From a plasmid, in sequence record AP025967.1: 64,000 bases of DNA. One strand, 5' to 3'. Made by a program: the position numbers and the translations under genes. The first letter of the stretch is position 1; each line of letters opens with the position of its first letter. Under the pieces are notes generated by a model. It was not told the DNA's origin. It did not search any database and saw nothing but the letters and a program-made list of their open reading frames with translations. Of this stretch, positions 9,501-18,584 are shown piece by piece.

Positions 9501-10814
9501 CAAAGAATTCATATAAGTTTGATAAGCATTTTCTAAATCTTTAAAGCCAAGTTTTTTAAATTCATCAATACTTTTATAAAGTTCTTTTCTTGCTTTTAAA
9601 TAAGTATCGTTTAGTTTGGTTTTGTGGAAAATAAAAAGAATATATTCATCTTCATCATATTCTAAAATTTCTTTAGCTATTTTTTCATTTAATAAAGCTT
9701 TATCATTATTATCTAAAACTAAAAAAGCTTCACATAAAAACAAAGTTCTTAAATAAGCAAATTCTGAGTTGATATTAATATTATCAATATCTTGTAAATT
9801 TAAAGTCTTTAATGAGTATTTTTTAGTAGCGATAATGTTTAAACTTTGATTTGGATTTAAAAAAGTATTTCTTTCTTGTTTTAATTGAAAGCTTAGATTT
9901 TCATTTAAGGATTTAAATAAAGAATTAAAAATCTCATTTTTGATTTTACTATCTTCTTTGTAAAGTTTTAAAGCAAGTTGATATTTTTGTTCTTCTTGAT
10001 CAATGATTTGATCTTGTTCTTGTAAATCTTGTATGTTTTTTAAATACTCTTCATCCATAAAGTTATAGGAATTAGAAGCTATGCTTGTTTTAGTTATAAG
10101 TTCTTTTTTCTTTGCTAGGGCAAATTCGTATTCTTTAGAATATCTGGGGTAGGGGTGTGGGGTGAAGAGGGATAAACCAAGAACTTCGTATATATTGTTG
10201 AATATTTCATCTATATTTTTATCATTTTTATAATATTGTCCATTGCCCAGATGGATAGTTTGTGGAAAATATTGTATTTTTGGATTTAAAAAATTTATTA
10301 TTATTTCTTTAGCTTTTTGTGATATATAGTAACTCAGCTCCTCTCCTTGAGTGAATATTACAAAGGCACCAAATGCTACCAAAGGTGCTGAATCTGGACA
10401 TAATATACCAACCAAACTCACAATTCCAGCTGCAATTGCAGTCGCAGAAATACCAACTGTATAAACAATAGTTTCAACCCCTTCAGCTATAGCTTTAATA
10501 ACTACCGACCTTTCGCCATTAAGGACATATTCTAAAGAATAATCCATAATTTTTAAAGTGTTTTCTGTTGGTTTGGTTATTATTCTTATTTTTCTTGCTA
10601 TTGGTTCTAAAGTAGGATATTGCTTGGAGTAGGAATTTACGGTGTTTTTTAATCTATCTACAGTATCCCGCAAATATTGAGTTTTATCTTGTAAGTCTTC
10701 TATATCTTGTCTATTAAAATTTGCTATCCAATCCGGTATTATATCTTTTTTAGCAAGCACAGCATTTTCTATACCTTGTCTATCTTCAGGACTTAAATTA
10801 TTTTCCGCATGCAT
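6579..10814 (-). CDS. Large T6SS cargo-effector candidate, 1411 aa, with a C-terminal HExxH zinc-metallopeptidase-like motif
   Basis: vgrG-proximal position. Hydrophobic segment near the N-terminus (aa ~120-165). K/N-rich low-complexity linker. HECRH followed ~22 aa later by E, close to the C-terminus. Confidence 0.5.
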   Translation of the reverse strand: MHAENNLSPEDRQGIENAVLAKKDIIPDWIANFNRQDIEDLQDKTQYLRDTVDRLKNTVNSYSKQYPTLEPIARKIRIITKPTENTLKIMDYSLEYVLNGERSVVIKAIAEGVETIVYTVGISATAIAAGIVSLVGILCPDSAPLVAFGAFVIFTQGEELSYYISQKAKEIIINFLNPKIQYFPQTIHLGNGQYYKNDKNIDEIFNNIYEVLGLSLFTPHPYPRYSKEYEFALAKKKELITKTSIASNSYNFMDEEYLKNIQDLQEQDQIIDQEEQKYQLALKLYKEDSKIKNEIFNSLFKSLNENLSFQLKQERNTFLNPNQSLNIIATKKYSLKTLNLQDIDNININSEFAYLRTLFLCEAFLVLDNNDKALLNEKIAKEILEYDEDEYILFIFHKTKLNDTYLKARKELYKSIDEFKKLGFKDLENAYQTYMNSLIVNKEINSKDETINKNKNKEINKNLNQDENSNQESDTKENTNSIKEQDFYLLSSHSKNLNHFILENKDKNKKIIFLNNASSMSNLIHIYDSHCDIFIKNESLLDIKRIEKEYDIKFKEFNTRVFFYEKLLLGAKENNEFSFEDKEENLLYYFKYDKEDLNSLGDLNIKYNNHNAKIKNYSLLEESLNIKLEPKELKKEIVYNNTSFNKISKEPLNESSSSAKEPCFITLYLKDEHNKPIANAKIIIKGFKHDEALRVVNLKRRSDEKGKIRFDKEKYFSDCYSFKVKLDESEAYFPTPLQNAKRIFNNYTHHKVGLILKFKAKDHLVYDGFNLYHYKGNELINSYMARSGTAKADNEKRSKKQIANYFYQDEKDTSKGKKAYFYYDDESIKDRFGTLPEGEYYLKINEIAKDTNPSFLKDYPFEIGKTWGKCCVRLYTNKECSKTFKEVKIKESNEKENKTSKKDKKEQSIIKDNLYLYSINEKGEFGSNGSIGMAQAQLLEDLSKQAKFIQDEKEGIVSLRVEYPKQEKSKVNFIKEIEWELDEDEDVVSAEKSVRIIIDEKANFAPGTYVECEVDGLEDDVNIVWALAQIQNEAGLQRILEGKEHLEFKDIKFLKDESKYFHECWEMDDEEKDEEFEKIGFSLPLTRANEEEFDKYYALVFAYEDKNKFKRLPNLNDAYKIIDMSFKVGSGRDDRVKELFTREELKALNVYNLNRQKSIDSVEEANWFLRANLKNQEKRDFFTYLRTYPQFAGKIAYIYYRFDLINKEFLTSISEKDKGNYLQDRDGKYISTIINKILPLEYKNGKSFKQFHTELLNNKNRDLKECKDFLKALTQTLCKEFNLPLENVVFYSQKPSGSLSFGAYEENKVRLNQYILKAYFKEFAKTVFHECRHFYIEKYYNHNMDALGRYVFYSEKAYINEKIIFDKFSRICDPSENYLVGCNIGAIQDAYEIQPNERDPRYVETLIGRSL

Positions 10815-11562
10815 TTAATCTTCCTTTAGCAAAATTTATGAAATAATTAAGTTTTTTTGTTACATATATTGCTTCGTATAATTCTTGATCTTGAAATTTT
10901 AAATCCGCATCATGAAATAAATTTATTTTTTTATAAGAATTAATCATATTTTTTAATAACTGTTCTTTTTGAGGTATAGAACACATAAGATTTGTATCTA
11001 AAGTAAAACCAAAAAACAAGATATTATAAGTCATAAAATTAATTTCAAACATTATTTTACCTAAATTATACTTAGATGGTAATTTTTCAATTTCACTCAT
11101 AAAGACAAGCAACTCATCCGCAACATTTAAATAATTATTAATTTCTTTTAAATTAGTAGTGCTATTAGAAGCAAGATAAAAATAATTAAGATTATTTTGC
11201 ATTTGCAAACCAAATAATACATCCTTATTTTTAAGAGCTACCAAATAAGCATTGTCTAAACCTAAAATTTGCATAAATTTAAAATCTTTTTTAAAATTAT
11301 GCATATAATTTAATAGTTCTTTTTGATTAAGTTTTAATTCTTGATTTAAGTTTTGTTCTACAAAAACTTTTTTAAATTCTTCTTCGTTGCTCTTAAATAG
11401 TTTGTATGTATCTTTAGCATTTTGATATTCTTTTTCATGATAATATCTATCCCAAAAGATAAGCTCTAAAGGGCGATAAGCTAAGCTTATAAAAATAATC
11501 AAAGCTATAAGCAAACCGCAGGGCATATAAAATCTTTTAAGTTTGTAAAAAGGTTTTTTCAT
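10798..11562 (-). CDS. KKPFYKLKRFY-family membrane-anchored protein, 254 aa. Possible effector adaptor/chaperone.
   Basis: N-terminal MKKPFYKLKRFY plus a transmembrane helix. Overlaps the effector start by 17 bp. Two paralogs sit directly downstream of the vgrG copies. Confidence 0.45.
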   Translation of the reverse strand: MKKPFYKLKRFYMPCGLLIALIIFISLAYRPLELIFWDRYYHEKEYQNAKDTYKLFKSNEEEFKKVFVEQNLNQELKLNQKELLNYMHNFKKDFKFMQILGLDNAYLVALKNKDVLFGLQMQNNLNYFYLASNSTTNLKEINNYLNVADELLVFMSEIEKLPSKYNLGKIMFEINFMTYNILFFGFTLDTNLMCSIPQKEQLLKNMINSYKKINLFHDADLKFQDQELYEAIYVTKKLNYFINFAKGRLNACGK

Positions 11563-11645
11563 TTATATTCCTTGATATTTTAAAAATAGTTTTTGTGTCT
11601 TTTTCTGTTTCGTTTAAGGTTTTATTTTGAGTGTTAAGTTTTATC

Positions 11646-12515
11646 TCATTCATTTGTGCATTCTTTTAGTTTGGTTTGTATGGATTTAAGTTTATTAGTT
11701 TGTTTTTGGTTAAGTTTGAATTTTTTAAAAATATAGATCAATTTTTGAAGGTTTTTTATTAAATTATTATCATCAGTATAAGCATATTTTTCTAATTCTT
11801 TATTAAAAAATAATAAAATTCTATTAGAAGTAAAATCAATTTTGCTCATACCATTTAAAATTGTCATAGTTTTAGGGGTATTTAAATCACAAATATAATC
11901 TTGAGAAAATTCACTCAAATACATACTAGTAAATCCACTATTATAGCCAATTAGGTCGTTAATATACATTCCGATTCTAACTACATCAAAGCTATCAAAC
12001 TTATGAATATCTTTTTGTAAAAAATCCTCTTCTAAACGAGTATTTAGAAAAAATAAAAAATCTTCAAAAACTTTAAATCTTTCCTTGTCAAATAAAAAAT
12101 AAGTTTTATGATTTGTGATATTTCTTTCATTGTATAAAAGATAAAGTATAATATCAGTATTTGAATTTGTTGTAACATGTCCAGCTTGTCTCATAAGCTC
12201 AACATCTTCTTCTGTAGGATAGTAAGAGGTTAAAGTTTTCATATCTTCAATACTAGCTTGTATCATCTTAAGATTTTTAATAATCATTTGTGTAACTTTT
12301 TCTTGATTATAGTTTTCTTTGCTTAAATTCTTAGCATACTCTAATTCTTCCTTGCCTTCGTTTTTGCTCCACTTGATTAAAGCACTAAGATTTTCTCTTG
12401 CTTTGTTATTATCAGCTTCCATAGAATTAAACAATTCATAAATATTGCTAATAACTACATATAAAACCACCAAGATGAAAATGATAATCCAAGATTTTTT
12501 TGAGAATTTAAACAA
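11646..12515 (-). CDS. hypothetical membrane protein, 289 aa
   Basis: ORF with an N-terminal transmembrane helix. Confidence 0.4.
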   Translation of the reverse strand: MFKFSKKSWIIIFILVVLYVVISNIYELFNSMEADNNKARENLSALIKWSKNEGKEELEYAKNLSKENYNQEKVTQMIIKNLKMIQASIEDMKTLTSYYPTEEDVELMRQAGHVTTNSNTDIILYLLYNERNITNHKTYFLFDKERFKVFEDFLFFLNTRLEEDFLQKDIHKFDSFDVVRIGMYINDLIGYNSGFTSMYLSEFSQDYICDLNTPKTMTILNGMSKIDFTSNRILLFFNKELEKYAYTDDNNLIKNLQKLIYIFKKFKLNQKQTNKLKSIQTKLKECTNE

Positions 12516-12560
12516 AGGTTTTATCCTTAAAAATAATATTATTTTGCATTATAACATTAA

Positions 12561-13574
12561 TTATAAAATTGTCATCTTTATTTCTTTATTTACAATCAAA
12601 GAATTCATATAAGTTTGATAAGCATTTTCTAAATCTTTAAAGCCAAGTTTTTTAAATTCATCAATACTCTTATAAAGCTCTTTTCTTGCTTTTAAATAAG
12701 TATCGTTTAGTTTGGCTTTGTGAGAGACAAAGATAGTATAAAAACTAGAATCAAATTCTAATTCTTTTATTGTGTTTTTGTCAAATAAAGCTTGCTTATC
12801 TTTGTCAAATAAAACATAATCTTCACAAAAATATAAAGCTTTTAATAAATAGGGTTTTGAATCGATGTTAATGTTGTTGATATTTTCTAAAGATAGTTTT
12901 TGTATATAGGCTATGTTTAAATTATTGATTACTTGTATAGACATAAGTTTATAATTATTATATTCTTGATTAAAGTGATGAAGATTTTCTAAAAATATTT
13001 TATACTTATTGATATATTCTTTTTCATTTTGTATATTATTTAAATGCTTAAGACTTTGATTGAAAATATTATTATAAAAATTACAAGAAAAACTATCAAA
13101 ATTAAATTCTTTTAACAAATTACTATTTTTATTATCTATAGAACATAAAGGAGTAAAGGAATTTTGTATGTTTTTGTAGTAGGGGTAGAGAGAGTGGGTA
13201 TTAAATTTATAAGTTTTATTACTTGTGAAAGAATCAATTAAATTAAAAGTAAATTTCTTAGCTTCTTCTCTAGAGTTTTCAATATCTTTTATGTTATCAA
13301 GTGTCATTCCCAAATCCATAATGGAGGAGATGATAATTGTTAAATCAGCTATTCTATCTATTCCTAAATTAGCTATAGCTTTGCTTACGCTTTTTTCTTC
13401 ATCCCAAACTAAAATAAAATTGATAACATCGCCAGTAATAGGAATTTTTTTGCAAATTAATCCGCAAGAATTGAAAGTTTCTAAAATAGTATTTCCATAA
13501 TCTAAAATAGGTTCTATTTCATCCCAAGCTTGTCTAATCTCTTCGGGTATTATTAAGTCATCTTTATCTGACAT
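12561..13574 (-). CDS. hypothetical protein, 337 aa. Its C-terminal ~100 aa is homologous to an internal segment of the 1411-aa effector.
   Basis: ~150 nt at 12575-12725 is identical to 9485-9635. The last ~45 aa (KLNDTYLKARKELYKSIDEFKKLGFKDLENAYQTYMNSLIVNKEI) are identical. Confidence 0.45.
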   Translation of the reverse strand: MSDKDDLIIPEEIRQAWDEIEPILDYGNTILETFNSCGLICKKIPITGDVINFILVWDEEKSVSKAIANLGIDRIADLTIIISSIMDLGMTLDNIKDIENSREEAKKFTFNLIDSFTSNKTYKFNTHSLYPYYKNIQNSFTPLCSIDNKNSNLLKEFNFDSFSCNFYNNIFNQSLKHLNNIQNEKEYINKYKIFLENLHHFNQEYNNYKLMSIQVINNLNIAYIQKLSLENINNINIDSKPYLLKALYFCEDYVLFDKDKQALFDKNTIKELEFDSSFYTIFVSHKAKLNDTYLKARKELYKSIDEFKKLGFKDLENAYQTYMNSLIVNKEIKMTIL

Positions 13575-13576
13575 AT

Positions 13577-14653
13577 TTATTCCTTATATTTTAAAGCTTT
13601 CTTTGTAAGCATTAAAGTTTTTTTTGTTTGATTGTAAATTGCAATGAGTTTTAAAATTTCACTCGTTCTTTTTGGAAAAATTTGAATAAAATCATCTTTA
13701 AAATCAAATTTTCTTTTTATATTGGTATTAAAATAAGCAAACGCATCACTTTGAAAAAATCGTCCCATTAAAATAATATATTCTTTTCTTTTGATTATTT
13801 TTTTATATTTTTGTTCATTTAGTGGTAAATCAATATCTAAGCTCGATATTGCTTTATTGTAAGTAATCAAAGCACCTTGTAAAAGCACAAGCTTATCTTC
13901 TTTATTTGAAATTTTATTCATTGTTTTTAAAAGTATTTCTAAAAGTTTTAATGCTTCATTTTTATCATAAGCAAGAGCTGATCTTTGTGGATAATTTTTA
14001 GCCTCATTTATAAGTAAATTTGCATTATAAAGAAAGGTTAATTGATTGATATTTTTAAGAGAGAAGATATCTTTGTTTGAACTTTCAATATACTTTAAAA
14101 TTTCTTTATTTTCTTGTTTGCTCTGCTCTATAAGCTTAGAGGAAATATTAGTATAATCCTTTGCAATTGCGTTTTTTTGCAAAATTTGATCTGCTAAAAC
14201 AAAAGAGTTTTGTAATTTTTCTTTCTGATTTAATGTCAGACTATTTTCTATTTGCTTATAATGAGAATTTCTTAAGCTTTCAAGGTTTGAAATATCGTTT
14301 TTTTGCACAGAAAAAAAGTTTTTAAAAAAATTCAAATCAAGTTTTAGATAAAAAAGTGCTTCATTAATATAGATGATATAGCTTAGTGTTTTTAATTCTT
14401 CTTTGTTCAGATTAAAATAAATCGCCTTAAGTTCTTCTAAGTTTTGTAAATATTCTTTTCGGGTAAGGTTGTTATAGTAGTATGTTTGATTGTTTATGTT
14501 GCATTTAAAATTAACTTGATTTAAATTTGCATTTTGTATAAATTTTAAATCCTCATCGCTCAACTCATCAGTGCACAAAGCATAAGCAGCGTTGCAAATA
14601 AAAAATGTAAAAAAACATAATTTTAATACTCTTTTTAAAAATTTATCTCTCAT
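13577..14653 (-). CDS. secreted/lipoprotein-like protein, 358 aa
   Basis: N-terminal signal-like hydrophobic segment (LKLCFFTFFICNAAYALC). Confidence 0.4.
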   Translation of the reverse strand: MRDKFLKRVLKLCFFTFFICNAAYALCTDELSDEDLKFIQNANLNQVNFKCNINNQTYYYNNLTRKEYLQNLEELKAIYFNLNKEELKTLSYIIYINEALFYLKLDLNFFKNFFSVQKNDISNLESLRNSHYKQIENSLTLNQKEKLQNSFVLADQILQKNAIAKDYTNISSKLIEQSKQENKEILKYIESSNKDIFSLKNINQLTFLYNANLLINEAKNYPQRSALAYDKNEALKLLEILLKTMNKISNKEDKLVLLQGALITYNKAISSLDIDLPLNEQKYKKIIKRKEYIILMGRFFQSDAFAYFNTNIKRKFDFKDDFIQIFPKRTSEILKLIAIYNQTKKTLMLTKKALKYKE

Positions 14654-14987
14654 TTTCTATCCTTTTTAATTTGCAAAGAATAAGTAAAATAATACCAATT
14701 AATTTCCTAGCGAGAAGGATAATTACTAATAAGTAAAGTGTTACTAATAATCCATATTTAACAAAAAAATATCCACCAAAAAATATTATGATTACAATCA
14801 TACTATCTGGAATAAGCAATAAATATCCAAAAGTATCATATATCCAATCTATAATTTTACTAGAAACACCATATTTACTTTTGCAATTTTTACATTTTAT
14901 TTCTAATTTGCCCGAGAATATATTCCAAATATTTTGTAATTTATTGATTTTTGTTTTACAAACCTCACATTCTTTATAAAGCGACAT
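14643..14987 (-). CDS. Small membrane protein with an N-terminal zinc-ribbon, 114 aa
   Basis: CEVC...CKNC pairs followed by two hydrophobic helices. Confidence 0.35.
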   Translation of the reverse strand: MSLYKECEVCKTKINKLQNIWNIFSGKLEIKCKNCKSKYGVSSKIIDWIYDTFGYLLLIPDSMIVIIIFFGGYFFVKYGLLVTLYLLVIILLARKLIGIILLILCKLKRIENER

Positions 14988-15078
14988 TTATCTTATTCCT
15001 TTACCATTTTCTACAATTTCTTGCCTTTTTCTTAAAGCTTCTTTTATACTTTCTTCAATGTTAATAGTGGTATTGTTT

Positions 15079-15905
15079 TCATTTACATTCATCTAAAGTC
15101 TTTTGAATTTTATTTATTGTATCTTCTAGAAAAGGTGATATATCTTTACGATAATTCCTAAAATTTTCTTTTAATGTTTTATCAAAAAGTTTTGAGCCAT
15201 CTGGATCTAAGTTAATAAATATAGTATAATTTCTCTTTATTTGATTAAATATTAAGTTTCTATTTTCAAAAGAGCACAATTGATTATTATGAAGTAAAAA
15301 AGAGCTCGGAATTGATATTTTTAAATAAATTGCTGCATTTTTATATTCAGTTCTCTTATCCAAATAACCTATATTATCCAAATAATCATAAATTTCTTCA
15401 TAATGTTTTATAAAATTAAGCTCTTCTTCAAAAATTTGTCTTTCTAAATCTCTAGTTGATGCTCTTAAGTTTAGATATTTTTGTTTTTCATTTGAGTTTA
15501 AATCACTTATGAAATTAAGGTAACGAAAAAAATTCGTTCACCACCAACTAAAAAGTAAAATGTATTAGCGTAATTTTGAAGAGAAGCTTGGTAATATCTA
15601 TCCTCAAATCCAAAGAATTTAGCCACCTTAAAATCAAAAATAGCCTTTTGCATTTTTATATTTAAATCTTTAAAATCTTCTAATTTTGGCTGATGATCAT
15701 CTACAATTTTAATCATGTCTTTAGGACTTGGGTTTAAAGTTATTTTTTCAAAATTTCTAAATTCTTGTTCTTTTTCAAAGCGATGATTTGTTTCCCAATA
15801 AATCGTATACAAAGGAGAATAAAGTAATTTTGCAAGCACAGCAAGTGCTATAATAATCACTATACAAGGTATATAAAATCTTTTAAGTTTGTAAAAAGGT
15901 TTTTT
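15079..15905 (-). pseudogene. KKPFYKLKRFY-family paralog immediately downstream of vgrG. Split by a frameshift at an A7 run (15526-15532); ATA in place of ATG.
   Basis: ORF 15507-15860 and ORF 15079-15381 are in different frames. The second frame is open upstream into the first, across its stop. Joined, they resemble the 254-aa paralog (FYFL...NLKEINNYLN region). The upstream frame reads IKKPFYKLKRFY. Confidence 0.45.
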
Positions 15906-15918
15906 TATTGTTTATCCT

Positions 15919-18435
15919 TTACTCTGCTTTAAGCTCTCCACCTTTAACCACAAGTCCATTAGAGTCTATAATTACTTCTACTCCACCTGCTTTAATGATA
16001 ACACAATCAGGTTTTGCATTAATAATTGTTTCTCCTACCTGTATAGTCGCTTCGCTATCGGCTTTTAACTCATGAATAGTTTTTGCATAAGTTGTGATAT
16101 TATCAGCTACCATGCTTGTATTTTTATCACTTTCAAATCCTATGGATTCATTACTTGTAAAAAGAATATTATCTTTGCTTTTATAATCCATCTCTTTCTC
16201 GCTTAACACTTGCATTTTATCACTGACATTAATACCATAATGCCCCTCAACCACTTCCTTTTTATTCCCCTTCACATTTCTTATTTCATCTTTATGTATA
16301 ATAGTATTTTGATTTGCACCTATTTCTATGTCTTTGTTTTCTCCTACAAACTCATGAGAGTTTTTAGCCACTCTTACTTTATTATCTACTCCTACATTTA
16401 AGGTATTGCTTAATCCTACTATGGTATCTTTAGATAAGCCTACATTAGTTAAGTATTCTCCTCCTACATTGACATTTTTAGCTAAGTCTATGGTTTGAGT
16501 ATGAACCTTTTTAATCCTTTCATTATAAATTCCATCCACTATAGAATCTTTATCATTTAAAATTCTTTGAGTGAAATTATGTTGTACTAATTCATCATAA
16601 TCCTTTTGGGCTTTTAAATAAATTTGTTCTTTATCTTTTATATTTGAGAGGGTAAGTTCATTATAACCTTCTTCATTAACACCTATGGTTTTAGAAGAAA
16701 GAGAAGTTTGGTGATCATTAAAAGGAAGATTTACTAAACTTGGATTAGCCCCATTATACAAACTAGAGCTCACATAAGGTTTATCTATATCATCATCTAA
16801 AAAAGAAATAATCACTTCATCTCCTATTCTTGGAGTATGAAAAAAACCTGAATGATTGCTTGCTATATGAGAAGCTACTCTTAAAAAAGGAGTGTGATGG
16901 TAAGATTTGTAAGTATTGCTTGATAAATTAGAAGAATTTGTATCTATATCATTTGTAATAAAAGTATTATTATCTAATTCTTCTTGATTGGCATAAAGAT
17001 TAATCCTTACCTTAACCCTTCCATGCTCATCAGTATAAATAGTATTTCTCTCACTTTCTATATCCTTACTCTCTCCTATAACAATACCTTGAGTGCTATT
17101 AGGAGCTTTAGGTTTAGCTTTAAAACTTGGAGTAAAGATAATATTCTTTTTTAGTAAAGTTAAAGTATTAGAATAAGATTTATTTAAATTTAAATCTTTT
17201 AAATTTAAATGATCGTTAGTATTAATAGAATTAGCTAAGATGGCATCATCAATTAAGATTTGAGTATTAGCGATAATAATAAAGTCTTTAAGCAAAGAAG
17301 CTTTATCTTGTTTTTCTTCATCTTGATTTTTTATTTCTTCTTGATGATTAAACTCCTTATAATTTAAAGTGATAAAATCTCCTAAGCTAAGATGATAAAT
17401 ATTACTTTTTGCTAGTAAGCTTTCATTTAATACTAAGGCTCTTTTTTCTTTAAGAGAAGGCTTAGTCTTTAAATCAATGCTTTTTGTAAAAGAATATTCA
17501 CTCTCATAAAAATGTTCATTATAACAAGCTTTGTTATTAAGTTCTTGTTCATAAGGAACTTTACTAGAGTGTAAAGATAAAAGATTTAAAGGAGTATTGG
17601 CATTAATACTAGAATGTGTAAAAGAATTAGTTCTTAAGCTTTGCTCTTTATAAATAGAAGAAATACAAGCTTGATTTAAAATATTATTAATATTAGGATT
17701 ATACTCAATTTCTTTATTTTTTACATTTTTATACACATCACAAAAATAAATAGTGTTCTCATCTTCATAAAAAAAGATTCCATTATTATGGCTTAATCTT
17801 GTAATAAAGTCTAAATCACTTTCATTGTATTGAGAGATGAGTTCTTGTTCTTCATAATTAAAATGTATATTAGAATAATCAATTTCTTTATGTAAGATAT
17901 CTTGATAAAAACCAAGGGTTTGTTTAATCACTTCTATAATATTAGTATGAGTATAAATACGATTGGCTTTATTTAAAGAAAGTCTTATCAAGACTGATTG
18001 AAGCTTAAAAGAAAAAAAATGCTTGTATTGTATTTGCTTAGTATTTGAAGTGCTATCATTAATATTTAAAGCACTTTCATGATTAATACCTAGATATTTT
18101 ATATAAGTGATAATTCCCTTATAGTTTTTTACTTCATTGTTATCAAAGTTTAAGGTATTATTCTCATAAGGATTATGGATACTTAAAATAGCTTCTTGAT
18201 CGATTAAAACATTAGGATGAAAATTAAAAGTTGTAGGGGTGCTTGGATGAGATGAAGCATTGGTTAAAGTATTTAAAGAAAATAAATCTTGTTCTAAACT
18301 TTCAAAAAAGCCTTCACATTCTATAGAAAAAAGCTCTTCAAGACTTTCTTTGATAAGGGCTTTAGTGATTTTAAAGGGTAGGGGATTTGAAGTAGAATTT
18401 AAAATATCAAGACTCATATAAGAATTAAGGGACAT
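15919..18435 (-). CDS. vgrG: T6SS spike protein VgrG (TssI), 838 aa
   Basis: VgrG hallmark GRVKVR; gp27/gp5-like architecture. Position after tssG. Confidence 0.9.
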   Translation of the reverse strand: MSLNSYMSLDILNSTSNPLPFKITKALIKESLEELFSIECEGFFESLEQDLFSLNTLTNASSHPSTPTTFNFHPNVLIDQEAILSIHNPYENNTLNFDNNEVKNYKGIITYIKYLGINHESALNINDSTSNTKQIQYKHFFSFKLQSVLIRLSLNKANRIYTHTNIIEVIKQTLGFYQDILHKEIDYSNIHFNYEEQELISQYNESDLDFITRLSHNNGIFFYEDENTIYFCDVYKNVKNKEIEYNPNINNILNQACISSIYKEQSLRTNSFTHSSINANTPLNLLSLHSSKVPYEQELNNKACYNEHFYESEYSFTKSIDLKTKPSLKEKRALVLNESLLAKSNIYHLSLGDFITLNYKEFNHQEEIKNQDEEKQDKASLLKDFIIIANTQILIDDAILANSINTNDHLNLKDLNLNKSYSNTLTLLKKNIIFTPSFKAKPKAPNSTQGIVIGESKDIESERNTIYTDEHGRVKVRINLYANQEELDNNTFITNDIDTNSSNLSSNTYKSYHHTPFLRVASHIASNHSGFFHTPRIGDEVIISFLDDDIDKPYVSSSLYNGANPSLVNLPFNDHQTSLSSKTIGVNEEGYNELTLSNIKDKEQIYLKAQKDYDELVQHNFTQRILNDKDSIVDGIYNERIKKVHTQTIDLAKNVNVGGEYLTNVGLSKDTIVGLSNTLNVGVDNKVRVAKNSHEFVGENKDIEIGANQNTIIHKDEIRNVKGNKKEVVEGHYGINVSDKMQVLSEKEMDYKSKDNILFTSNESIGFESDKNTSMVADNITTYAKTIHELKADSEATIQVGETIINAKPDCVIIKAGGVEVIIDSNGLVVKGGELKAE

Positions 18436-18584
18436 TGAAGATCCTTTTGGGTTTGTTGATGATTAATAGCCTATAAGCTTATGTGATTTATTTTAGCATA
18501 AAGTGGGTAAAATAAAGTTTATTTTAGGGTATGGTTTATGGGTGAAGAGAGATTGTGATTTTTTAAACTTATTTTTGTGTTAGC

